64,000 nucleotides of DNA, from positions 6,054-70,053 of the IMG/VR virus record IMGVR_UViG_3300021560_000018. One strand, given 5' to 3'. Under the pieces are notes generated by a model that saw nothing but the letters and a program-made list of their open reading frames with translations, had not been told where the DNA came from and ran no database searches. Every line of letters begins with the position of its first letter. Position 1 is the first letter of the stretch. Source of the stretch: a virus. Made by a program: the position numbers and the translations under genes. Positions 39,280 through 47,725 of this stretch are shown piece by piece.

Positions 39280-39494
39280 TGGCTCCATCCAAGATCCGCG
39301 ACGAGAACACCGTCATCGATGACATGCCCATCACCGACGAGCACAAGGAACTCCTGCGGGAGCTCGTACAGATCACGCCCGCGCTCATAGCCGAGCGCTG
39401 GACCAAGCTGGTCCTGGTCGGCTACCACGAGGGCTTCGCTGACGGCTACGAGTACGGCAGCGAGGACGACACCAACGAAGAAGACAAGCCTTAG
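39279..39494 (+). CDS. hypothetical acidic protein
   Basis: 71 aa, ATAATG coupling. Confidence 0.45.
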   Translation: MAPSKIRDENTVIDDMPITDEHKELLRELVQITPALIAERWTKLVLVGYHEGFADGYEYGSEDDTNEEDKP

Positions 39495-39502
39495 CCGCAG
39501 TT

Positions 39503-39679
39503 ATGGCCGTACGAGCGGTAGCCTGTGCACACTGCGGTTCGGGACCGGAGCCAGATCACTTCTGTATGGGTCTTGTGTTCGACTGGCTCCGGGAGATCGA
39601 TGGTTGGACCGGCATGCGCGAATACACCGAGCTGGCGGAAGCAGCGGAAGCGATGGGGAAGATCATAGATGCAAGCTGA
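39503..39679 (+). CDS. small Zn-finger protein
   Basis: 58 aa, CAHCGS...HFC; overlaps the SNF2 start by 11 nt. Confidence 0.4.
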   Translation: MAVRAVACAHCGSGPEPDHFCMGLVFDWLREIDGWTGMREYTELAEAAEAMGKIIDAS

Positions 39680-41606
39680 GATCACCACCGACGGCGAGAA
39701 GATCCTTGCCCGCATACCCTACGCTCGCGGGCAGGGACCGGAGTGGGCGAAGCAGGTACCTGGCGCCAAGCAGAAGCGCGACAAAACCGGCAACTTCATC
39801 TGCTGGTCTTACCCGCTGACCATGGACACCTGTCGTAGCTTCCGCCGCGTGTTCGGAGCCGGGCTCACCGTCAGGCCTGCGCTCAGCGCGTGGGCTCGTG
39901 CCGCCATAGCTGCCGGTGATGCCCTGGAGGACCTGCGAGCCGGAGCCACTGCCAAATTCGACCGCGTTCCACGGGAGGCACCGTTCCTGTGGGCGGCTAT
40001 GCAGGACCGCAAGTACCAGGTAGCCGGAGCTGCCTTCATAGCCCTGGCGGGACAGGGTATCCTGGGCGACGAGCCTGGCCTTGGCAAGACCCTGCAAACC
40101 CTAGCCGCTCTCATCGAAGCTGATTGCAAAACCATCCTTGTGACGTGTCCGAGGACGGCTACCCGCTCCGTGTGGGCCCGCGAGACCAACCGCTGGGCGC
40201 CTACCATAGCGCCGTTCGTAGCCCAGGGTACCCGCGCTCAGCGCGAGCAGGTTATCCAGGCTTTCCAGGACTACCCAGGTCCCCGCAAGATGCTCATCAT
40301 CAACACCGAGATGATTCGAGCCCAGAACGTTGAGGTATGTCCCGACGGCGAGATGCCCGACAAGAAGGGCAACTTCCCTATTGAGTGCAGGGACCCTGAC
40401 CATAAGCACAAGAAGGTTATCGAGGCCGAGTACCCTGAGCTGTTCGGCTTCCAGCTAGACGCCATGGTCATGGACGAGTCGCACAACGCCCTGGCTAGTA
40501 CCTACAACACCATGAGCAAGCACATTACACAGTGGCGCTTCGGGGCTCTCCTCCTGCGTAAGAATGTGCTTCCGGAGGGCCTGGCCATAGCTCTGTCGGG
40601 TACTCCGGCTCGCTCCAATCTGACCAAGCTGTGGGGGACCCTGAATTGGTGCAGACCTGATGTCTTCACAAGCTACTGGAACTGGTGTGCTACGCACTTC
40701 GGGGTAATACAGGGCAAGTTCTTCCGGGTCGTGCAGCCTGATGAGGACGGCAGCCCGGCCAAGGTTCCGGTCCCGCTGTACCCTGAGATCTGGCAAGATA
40801 GCCTGCGGCCGTACTACCTATCCCGAACCAAGCAGGTAGCGGCTCCTGACCTACCGCCCATCATGTACACCGGTACGCCCGCGCTCGAGACCCCAAACGG
40901 CCCGAACTATGTCTGGCTAGACATGGAAGACAGGCAGGCCCGCGCTTACCGTCAGATGAAGAAGCTGGCCGAGGCACGTATCATCAATGGCACTCTAACG
41001 GCCAACGGCACCCTAGCTGAGATCACTAGGCTTCGGCAGTTCGCGAACACCTACGGCAAGATGGTCGGCGAGGATTTCCGCCCGGCTCTCCCCAGCAACA
41101 AGGTTGACTGGATCCTAGACCTGATGGAAGAGCGGGAGGGCTGCGACACTAAGGTTGTGATAGCCTCCAACTTCAGCCAGACCATCAGCCTGCTGGCCCA
41201 GACGCTCCGCGCCAAGAAGATCAAGTGTCTGACCCTGACTGGTGCAACCAGTGACCGCGGCCGAGAGGATCTGGTGCGACGCTTCAACGACCCCGATGAC
41301 GACCACATGGTAGCTATCATCAACACCAAGGCCGGTGGCGAGGCTATCACCCTGGACGCAGTTTGTGACGACCTGGTACTATTTGACCAGCCATGGAAGT
41401 CTGACGAGGAGTTCCAGGTTGTCTCCCGCATCCACCGTGTCTCTCGTATTCACCGGGTGTTCGTCCACCGCCTAGTCAGCTGGGGGACAGTGGACGAATG
41501 GATGGCTCAGAACGGCGAGGCGCAGCGTAAGGCCCTCCAGTCAGCCAAGCCTAGCGTCCGCCAGAAGGTGGCCCTCGATATCGTCAGGATAGGTGACATG
41601 CGATGA
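39669..41606 (+). CDS. SNF2-family ATP-dependent helicase
   Basis: Motif I GDEPGLGKTLQ, motif II MDESH, helicase C region TKAGGEAITLD; 645 aa. Confidence 0.85.
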   Translation: MQAEITTDGEKILARIPYARGQGPEWAKQVPGAKQKRDKTGNFICWSYPLTMDTCRSFRRVFGAGLTVRPALSAWARAAIAAGDALEDLRAGATAKFDRVPREAPFLWAAMQDRKYQVAGAAFIALAGQGILGDEPGLGKTLQTLAALIEADCKTILVTCPRTATRSVWARETNRWAPTIAPFVAQGTRAQREQVIQAFQDYPGPRKMLIINTEMIRAQNVEVCPDGEMPDKKGNFPIECRDPDHKHKKVIEAEYPELFGFQLDAMVMDESHNALASTYNTMSKHITQWRFGALLLRKNVLPEGLAIALSGTPARSNLTKLWGTLNWCRPDVFTSYWNWCATHFGVIQGKFFRVVQPDEDGSPAKVPVPLYPEIWQDSLRPYYLSRTKQVAAPDLPPIMYTGTPALETPNGPNYVWLDMEDRQARAYRQMKKLAEARIINGTLTANGTLAEITRLRQFANTYGKMVGEDFRPALPSNKVDWILDLMEEREGCDTKVVIASNFSQTISLLAQTLRAKKIKCLTLTGATSDRGREDLVRRFNDPDDDHMVAIINTKAGGEAITLDAVCDDLVLFDQPWKSDEEFQVVSRIHRVSRIHRVFVHRLVSWGTVDEWMAQNGEAQRKALQSAKPSVRQKVALDIVRIGDMR

Positions 41607-42610
41607 GGAGGCTCAACGGTCACAAGATCGTCGGCACCCTGACCAAGCCGATGACCGGCAAAGAAGCTCTCCGGTACATGAGGGATACGTACCAGGAGAA
41701 GAAGATGGACCGAGACGCTCTTCTGCGAGCTGCCTGGGATCACGGCCTCTCAGCCCGCGGAATTCAGGACGGCAGGTTCTACGCTCTGTTCCGGAGGGAC
41801 ACCTCGCCGGTAACTTTCATCATTGAGGAGGGGACAGCCGAAAATTTTCTAGCTGATCTTCCGGAAAGGGTAGCGAAACCGGTCGTGAGACGGTATAGTA
41901 CCCCTATCGCTTCGACACGCACTAAGGCCCCAACAAACAAGGATGTGATACGCATGGCCGCACGCGCAGTAACCAAGGCCAGGCCCGCCACGAAGAAGGC
42001 GAAGCCTGCGCCCGAGCCGGAGCCCGAGGTCGAGGAAGACGACCTTGAGGACGAGCTCGAAGACGAGGAGGACGAAGAACTCGAGGACGAGCTGGACGAC
42101 GAGGACGAAGACGACGACGACGAAGACGAGGATGAGGACGAGGACGACGAAGAGGACGAGGAGGTTGAGGACGAGGCCGACGAGGACGAGGACGACAGCC
42201 CCGACTACACCCCGTATGCCTCCAAGTCCATCACCCCGACCATGGTCGACTTCGCCCAGTGGATGGACGACAAGATCTTCAAGCCCATCGGCTCGTCCAT
42301 CAAGGAAGTCGGCAAGACCGACCCCGTCCGCCTGATCGCCATCGCCGGCACCGCCCGCATGGAGTTCCAGAAGTCCGACTTCAACATCCGGCGGCGCGAG
42401 GAGCGCAAGCAGGAGGCCGCAGCCGAGAAGGCAGCCAAGGCCAAGCCCGTAGCCAAGAAGCCGGTCGCCACCAAGACGCCGGGCGGCGCCAAGGTCGTCG
42501 GCAAGGCCAAGGCCCGTCCCAAGGTAGCGACAGCCGCTGCGCCGGCCAGGCCGGCCAGGGCCACCGCCGGCAAGACCACGGCCAAGAAGAAGAAGGCAGC
42601 GCCCTTCTAG
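41603..42610 (+). CDS. protein with approx. 70-residue poly-Asp/Glu tract and Lys/Ala/Pro-rich basic tail
   Basis: DELEDEEDEELEDELDDEDEDDDDEDEDEDEDDEEDEE...; C-terminus AKPVAKKPVATK...KKKKAAPF. Confidence 0.55.
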   Translation: MRRLNGHKIVGTLTKPMTGKEALRYMRDTYQEKKMDRDALLRAAWDHGLSARGIQDGRFYALFRRDTSPVTFIIEEGTAENFLADLPERVAKPVVRRYSTPIASTRTKAPTNKDVIRMAARAVTKARPATKKAKPAPEPEPEVEEDDLEDELEDEEDEELEDELDDEDEDDDDEDEDEDEDDEEDEEVEDEADEDEDDSPDYTPYASKSITPTMVDFAQWMDDKIFKPIGSSIKEVGKTDPVRLIAIAGTARMEFQKSDFNIRRREERKQEAAAEKAAKAKPVAKKPVATKTPGGAKVVGKAKARPKVATAAAPARPARATAGKTTAKKKKAAPF

Positions 42611-42690
42611 CCCGCAGGCACCTCCGGGTCGAAGGTAGCAGGTTACCAGGCGATGCGACCCTGCTGCCGCCGCTACATCCGGAGGCTACC

Positions 42691-42732
42691 GGCCCTGGGT
42701 CATCTCGCTCCCCGTCCTGGTGACCCAGGGCC
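42691..42732 (+). terminator. hairpin (12-bp perfect stem)
   Basis: ggccctgggtca / tgacccagggcc with an 18-nt loop, downstream of 41603..42610. Confidence 0.4.
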
Positions 42733-42916
42733 ACCCCATAGACTTTGCCAGGATCCCCTGGCCGGAGCTAGCCATCTCTCTGGCCGGGGCACCCCAGCCC
42801 TGGCGGAACGCTCAGCTGCTCGTTGTTCCTCCTCCGAGTGGCGCGGTTCGGGCCCAGCGTTCCGCCGGGGCTGGCTCTATGACTTCCCCGGAACAACTCC
42901 AACTAAGAAGGGTCTC

Positions 42917-43957
42917 ATGTCCAACATCACCAAGCTTCTCGAGAGTCGGCGGGTCTGGTGGACCGCCGTCATCCTGTTTGTTCTCCTCGCGACGCTCATG
43001 TCCCTGCCCACCTTCAACGCCAACGCTTTGTCCGCTCCGACCACTCTGACAGCGAACACCGCGGTCAGTAACCGGCCCGACAACGGGCACGGCACGCCGA
43101 ACACCTGGGCCTACGACACGTTCAACCGCAAGCTGGTGGTGTCGGTCGCAACCGATCAGAACACATGCGGCACACTGCCAACCGGTGACATCTGCTACGT
43201 CGCCGCCATCCAGGACAACGGCACATTCGACACGATCCTCGGCGCGGGTACGCCCAACGGTACCGGCGGCCAGATCAACCACCACGTGAGCGGCGCCATG
43301 GCTGGCAACTACTCCCTGACTGCGGTGGCCCCTGCGGCCGACACGCTGACGGGCGTGGTTCCTGCGAGCGAGGACGACAACTTCGGTACGCCCAAGGTCA
43401 CCACGACCAACTGGCTGACGCAGGCGTTCGTGACCCCCGGCGACGTGGTGGTGAGCGGCGGCGACTACTCCTGGGTGTACACCAGCACCTGCGAGAAGTG
43501 GACGGACGCCAGCAACAACAACGACGGGATCGGCAAGGGTGCCGGCAACATCACCGGCCTGAACCTCTGTGTCGTGGCCAAGAGCAACTACGTGCAGATC
43601 AAGAACCGCGCGACTGGCCGCTGCCTGAACGAGAACCAGGCCACCGGCCTGCTGAGCACATACGCCTGTTTGCCGCAGACATACATCAGCCTGCAGTGGG
43701 TAGTGTATACCTGGTCTGACGGCATTAAGACCCTGTCTTCTGTGCAGACCGGCCAGTACGTCACGGACAACGGCAAGGGTGTGCAGCTCAGCCTGACCTC
43801 GACCCGGACTCCGATGTCGTTCCGCAACGGCGGGCTGTTCGTGTTCTCTGACAACGAAGTCATGACCGTCAACGCGCAGGGCAACTACGTTCCGGTCCGG
43901 GCATACCCCGGCCTGAGCCCGCTGGCCAACGGCCGCTGGGACTTTGGCGCGGCCTGA
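42917..43957 (+). CDS. membrane-anchored secreted protein with ricin-B (beta-trefoil) lectin-like C-terminal domain
   Basis: N-terminal TM/signal WWTAVILFVLLATLMSLP; C-terminal KNRATGRCLNENQ...QWVVYTW with beta-trefoil Q-x-W repeats; flanked by hairpins at 42691..42732 and 43972..44015. Confidence 0.45.
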   Translation: MSNITKLLESRRVWWTAVILFVLLATLMSLPTFNANALSAPTTLTANTAVSNRPDNGHGTPNTWAYDTFNRKLVVSVATDQNTCGTLPTGDICYVAAIQDNGTFDTILGAGTPNGTGGQINHHVSGAMAGNYSLTAVAPAADTLTGVVPASEDDNFGTPKVTTTNWLTQAFVTPGDVVVSGGDYSWVYTSTCEKWTDASNNNDGIGKGAGNITGLNLCVVAKSNYVQIKNRATGRCLNENQATGLLSTYACLPQTYISLQWVVYTWSDGIKTLSSVQTGQYVTDNGKGVQLSLTSTRTPMSFRNGGLFVFSDNEVMTVNAQGNYVPVRAYPGLSPLANGRWDFGAA

Positions 43958-44124
43958 CCTCCGCTGAGCACCCTGCCCAGGTGAGCTGAAAGGAATGACT
44001 CCAGGGCCTGGGCAGGGGACTGAAGGGAGGTAAGGCAAGTTGCTGAAGGATTTGGTCTGCACGGAGTGTGGTGGAATTATGGGCACACACACTTCTGGTT
44101 GCTCACAGGGATGAGGAGGAGAAA

Positions 44125-44715
44125 TTGAACGTTGACATCAGCCAAGTACCGCCGGGGACGCCCGGTGTGACTCACGGCTCAGGCGTAGCCGGAGAGCTAA
44201 TTCGGTACGCCACCCAGTCCTGGGCCGGTCACGCGGTCACCTACATCGGTGGTGGCCAGATCGTTGAGGGTACCGCACCATGTACCCGCATCGCCCCGGC
44301 CGCGTCGCACGACGACACCATCTGGTTCTACAAGATGTGGGATCAGCTCTCGATCGACGTGACCGGATGGTGGAGCCCGCCGCCCAAGGGCCAGCTCCCT
44401 GACAAGCAGATGATCCAGGCCGCCCAGCTCAAGATGGTGGCTCGCGCACACGCCCTCGTCGGCACGCCGTACGACTACATGGCGTACATGGGCTTCGCCA
44501 TGGAGGTCCTGCACCTTCGGAACGGCACACAGATGGAGTCCGAGTTCAAGCAGGACGACTGGAGGGTCTGCTCCGCGGACGTCATCGACGAGATGACCTT
44601 CTCCGGAATCCATGTTGACTGGAACAGGGTCAAGCTCGCGAACGTCGGCGACGACCCCAACCTGGTCAGCCCCTCGATGCTCCTCCAGTACGCCACGACG
44701 CTCGGGTGGGTCTGA
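44125..44715 (+). CDS. putative permuted papain-fold (NlpC/P60-like) peptidase
   Basis: TTG start with GAGGAGGAG upstream; His-region motif GHAVTYIGGGQIVEG precedes Cys-region VGTPYDY...DWRVCSADV, a circularly permuted order. Confidence 0.35.
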   Translation: MNVDISQVPPGTPGVTHGSGVAGELIRYATQSWAGHAVTYIGGGQIVEGTAPCTRIAPAASHDDTIWFYKMWDQLSIDVTGWWSPPPKGQLPDKQMIQAAQLKMVARAHALVGTPYDYMAYMGFAMEVLHLRNGTQMESEFKQDDWRVCSADVIDEMTFSGIHVDWNRVKLANVGDDPNLVSPSMLLQYATTLGWV

Positions 44716-45119
44716 TGCCCGGTTACTCCTTCCAGATCCACTGCAAGAACGGTAACCTCACGGCCGTGCCCATGGGCGACGTGATGGAGATGCCCGAGGG
44801 TGTCTGGGAAGTCAACGGGCTCGTCGAGGGTGACAACGCGACCATCAACATCACCCACAAGCTGCCCAGCGGCATGCACGTCATCGAGGCCCAGCAGGCT
44901 CACAACAAGCGCAACTACGACCCCGCCAACTTCGCGGCCCAGGAGGAGTACGAGCGAGTCAAGGCCGTGCTAATCTCATCTGGCATGGATCCAGCCCTGG
45001 CCGAGAAGTACGCGAGCGGCCAGATGAAGGCTGGCCCGATACCTCCATCTCCCGTTCAACCCGGCGAGTTCCCGGAGGATGAAGGTCCAGACGGAAAGTG
45101 GGGTCCCAGCAAGATGTAG
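44715..45119 (+). CDS. hypothetical protein
   Basis: TGATG coupling; 134 aa. Confidence 0.4.
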   Translation: MPGYSFQIHCKNGNLTAVPMGDVMEMPEGVWEVNGLVEGDNATINITHKLPSGMHVIEAQQAHNKRNYDPANFAAQEEYERVKAVLISSGMDPALAEKYASGQMKAGPIPPSPVQPGEFPEDEGPDGKWGPSKM

Positions 45120-45125
45120 CAGGTA

Positions 45126-45203
45126 TGCGGGGTAGGGGAGCGGTCGTCCCCACCGGATGCCCCATCGCTCCGGAGATCGCAGGTTCGAATCCTGCTCCCG
45201 CTA
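45126..45203 (+). tRNA. tRNA-like element (possible pseudo-tRNA; anticodon loop abnormal)
   Basis: Canonical T-arm GCAGG-TTCGAAT-CCTGC (45179..45195), 6-7 bp acceptor (tGCGGGG / TCCCGCt), D-arm GGGG/CCCC. The anticodon stem CCGGA/TCCGG encloses an 11-nt loop tgccccatcgc instead of 7 nt. No encoded CCA. Confidence 0.45.
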
Positions 45204-45395
45204 CGAGGGTCCCTGGCCAGGATCTAACGTTTCAGATCTCGGTCGATCCCGCCCAACTGGGTTTAGGCCAGGGACCCGCTAATGGTAGCCAAGACAGGGC
45301 GCTATCCCTTGAGGCTGCAACTGGGATGCCAGTCCTGGGCTGGGAGCGCCCGTCGTCTCTGGCAAGGCGGCGGGACTCCCAGTATGCGAGGAGGG

Positions 45396-46403
45396 ATGAT
45401 GCCTGCAATCATAGGGGACCTGCCGGTCATCACAACCAGTAGTCGCTCTACCTTCCGGCGCTGTCACCAACGCTGGTACTGGCAGTACGTCCTGGGCCTG
45501 AACCCGAAGACCACACCCAATGCGCTGTGGTTCGGAATAGGGGTACATGAAGCCCTGGCCCTGTGGTACCGGAAAGGCCGGAAGCGTGGCCCCCATCCTG
45601 CTGAGACTTTCGAGCTATGGCACCAGGGTGAAGAGGAACGTGAGATATTCGCGGCTCGCTCTGACCGCGAGCTGCAGCAAATAGATGACGCCAAGTATGA
45701 GGACGCCCTGACCCTCGGCGTCGACATGCTGGAGGGATACGTCGAGGAGTACGGCCGGGACCCCTACTGGAAGGTCATTGCCGTCGAACACCCGTTCAAG
45801 ATCAGGGTGATATATCAGGGCAAGCCCATAGCGTACTTCATGAGTACCTGGGACGGAGTCTACCTCGACCTTCGCGACTGGCAGATCTACCTCATGGAGC
45901 ATAAGACCGCTACCGCTGTCCAGACAGCATACCTGGAGCTAGACGATCAGGGCGGTATCTACTGGGCGGTCGCGCAGGCGGTTCTCAGGGCCAAGGGTAT
46001 CCTAAAGCCTGACGAGGAGATTGCCGGTATCACCTACAACTTCCTCCGCAAGGCAAGGGAGGACCAGCGTCAGCAGAACGCTGCAGGTGAGTCCCTGAAC
46101 CTGAACGGGACCGTAAGCAAGCGGCAGCCTATCGAGCGGTTCGTCCGCGAGACTATGGAACGCAGCCCGAGGGAACGCCGTACGCAGATGGAGCGTCTAG
46201 CCAAGGAAGCTAGGCTCATGACTGGGATGATCAGCGGTGAGCTGCCGGTTACAAAGAACACTCAGAAGGACTGTCCGCAGTGTCCGTTCTTCACCATATG
46301 TAAACTCCATGAGCGGGGAGGCTCAGCATGGAAGGAAGTGGCGAGCGTGGATTTCACAAAGGGCGAGCCGTACGATCGATACCTGAAGACCGCAGCAGCG
46401 TAG
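45396..46403 (+). CDS. Cas4-like / RecB-family PD-(D/E)xK exonuclease
   Basis: N-terminal Cys (FRRCHQRW), D...EHK core (DGVYLD...LMEHKT), C-terminal CPQCPFFTIC Fe-S cysteine triad; RBS GAGGAGGG. Confidence 0.6.
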   Translation: MMPAIIGDLPVITTSSRSTFRRCHQRWYWQYVLGLNPKTTPNALWFGIGVHEALALWYRKGRKRGPHPAETFELWHQGEEEREIFAARSDRELQQIDDAKYEDALTLGVDMLEGYVEEYGRDPYWKVIAVEHPFKIRVIYQGKPIAYFMSTWDGVYLDLRDWQIYLMEHKTATAVQTAYLELDDQGGIYWAVAQAVLRAKGILKPDEEIAGITYNFLRKAREDQRQQNAAGESLNLNGTVSKRQPIERFVRETMERSPRERRTQMERLAKEARLMTGMISGELPVTKNTQKDCPQCPFFTICKLHERGGSAWKEVASVDFTKGEPYDRYLKTAAA

Positions 46404-46603
46404 TCACATACGGCATGACTATGTTTGAGCTGGCGCTCCACCTGAACGCTCAGCACGGTATGCGGGCTAGCAAAATCAAGGCCATATCTGGAGAGCAGAG
46501 ATGGCTGATTCACAGCAGACATCACGATATCAACTCGGACAGGATGACCCCGAGGCATCAGCATCACCCGTAGAAATTTCCTTAACTGGTTATTCCGAAA
46601 CGG

Positions 46604-46632
46604 TAGCGCCCGACGGCCGGTAGCGGTATAAT
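46604..46632 (+). promoter_or_regulatory. promoter candidate TAGCGC-N17-TATAAT
   Basis: ggTAGCGCccgacggccggtagcggTATAAT; ATG 46643 lies 10 nt downstream of the -10, so the message would be near-leaderless. Confidence 0.45.
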
Positions 46633-46642
46633 ATCTAGGTTA

Positions 46643-47656
46643 ATGGACTCGTCTCCGGAGGACCCCAAAATGGCTGCAAAGACCGCGCGTCCCCGTCCCC
46701 GACCACAAGCTAACCGCCGGAGTGCCCGGCAGGAAGAGGAGGAGCCAGAGGCCCTAGTGGCCGATGCCGTCGACGTGGTCGTCGAGGATCTCGCGAGCTT
46801 CAGCGATAGAACCTCCAGGAACATCATCATATTCGGACCATCCGGACATGGCAAGACGGTGCTAGCAGGCGGCGCTCCGAACGCCTACTTCCTTAGCACC
46901 GAGGCCGGGGCAGTCGCGGCCAAGCGCGCCGGCAGTCAGGCCAAGCTGATCCGCACTCCTACATGGGAACACGTCGAGGCCGGGCTCAACTGGGCTGACA
47001 AGAACCTGACCCCCGAGAACTGGCTCATCGTCGACTCTGCAACGAAGATGCAGCGGCTGCTCCTTGACTGGATCCTCCGGGCCAACAACAAGCGCAACCC
47101 CAAGCGTGACCTGGACATCCCAGCAGTCAAGGACCACCAGAAGTGGCAGAACATGTTCCTCCGGTTCATCGGTCGCCTGGTGGACGCTCCGTACAACACC
47201 ATCATGATCGCGACCGCCATGTACAAGGAGGACGAAGAGGACGAGCCGCTGGTCATGCCAAACATCCTCGGCAAGGACTACACGATCAGCCAGAACTTCT
47301 GCGCCGAGGCTGACATGGTGCTCTACTACGCCGTGTCCAAGACCGCCAGCACTGACGAAGAGATTGTTCGTCGGGTGCTGGCACAGCCGTATCCGCCGTA
47401 TTATGCCAAGGACCGTTTCGATTGCCTGGGGCACTACTATGACGTGAAGGAGGGAGAATACGGTGCCATGGCCGACATCATCAGCAGGATCGAACAAAGC
47501 CTCAGCGACGAAGGGGCAGACGAAGTCACTGCTGGTGAAGTGTCGCCGACACAATTGCATCGTCCAGCCGAACGACGCCGGAAGGCTGGTACACACAAGC
47601 AGCGGAGCGACGTGCACGAGCGCCGAGTTCACCGTGCTCGTGAGCGAGCTAGTTAA
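46643..47656 (+). CDS. AAA_24-family ATPase (Sak4-like recombination protein); C-terminal end uncertain
   Basis: P-loop IIIFGPSGHGKT, Walker B-like WLIVDSATK, RecA-like core; Arg-rich tail after about residue 300 is probably not real. Alternative start ATG 46670 has GGAGGA upstream. Confidence 0.55.
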   Translation: MDSSPEDPKMAAKTARPRPRPQANRRSARQEEEEPEALVADAVDVVVEDLASFSDRTSRNIIIFGPSGHGKTVLAGGAPNAYFLSTEAGAVAAKRAGSQAKLIRTPTWEHVEAGLNWADKNLTPENWLIVDSATKMQRLLLDWILRANNKRNPKRDLDIPAVKDHQKWQNMFLRFIGRLVDAPYNTIMIATAMYKEDEEDEPLVMPNILGKDYTISQNFCAEADMVLYYAVSKTASTDEEIVRRVLAQPYPPYYAKDRFDCLGHYYDVKEGEYGAMADIISRIEQSLSDEGADEVTAGEVSPTQLHRPAERRRKAGTHKQRSDVHERRVHRARERAS

Positions 47657-47725
47657 CCGCGAGACCGCCAAGGCAACTATAACCAAATGGGCCATGGAAG
47701 ACAACAAACGAAAGGGTTAGGCCGC

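Noticed and set aside
41603-42610. Ocr-like DNA-mimic anti-restriction protein
   Set aside because: Polyacidic tract is suggestive, but the protein is 335 aa with globular and strongly basic segments; mimicry remains a hypothesis in the findings, not a feature call.
45126-45277. attP site / integrase cassette next to the tRNA-like element
   Set aside because: No tyrosine or serine integrase-like ORF is present anywhere in the window, so integration-site status cannot be supported.
46862-47707. 281 aa minus-strand ORF
   Set aside because: Lies antisense within the AAA_24 ATPase gene, which has clear P-loop motifs; no RBS; wrong-frame composition.
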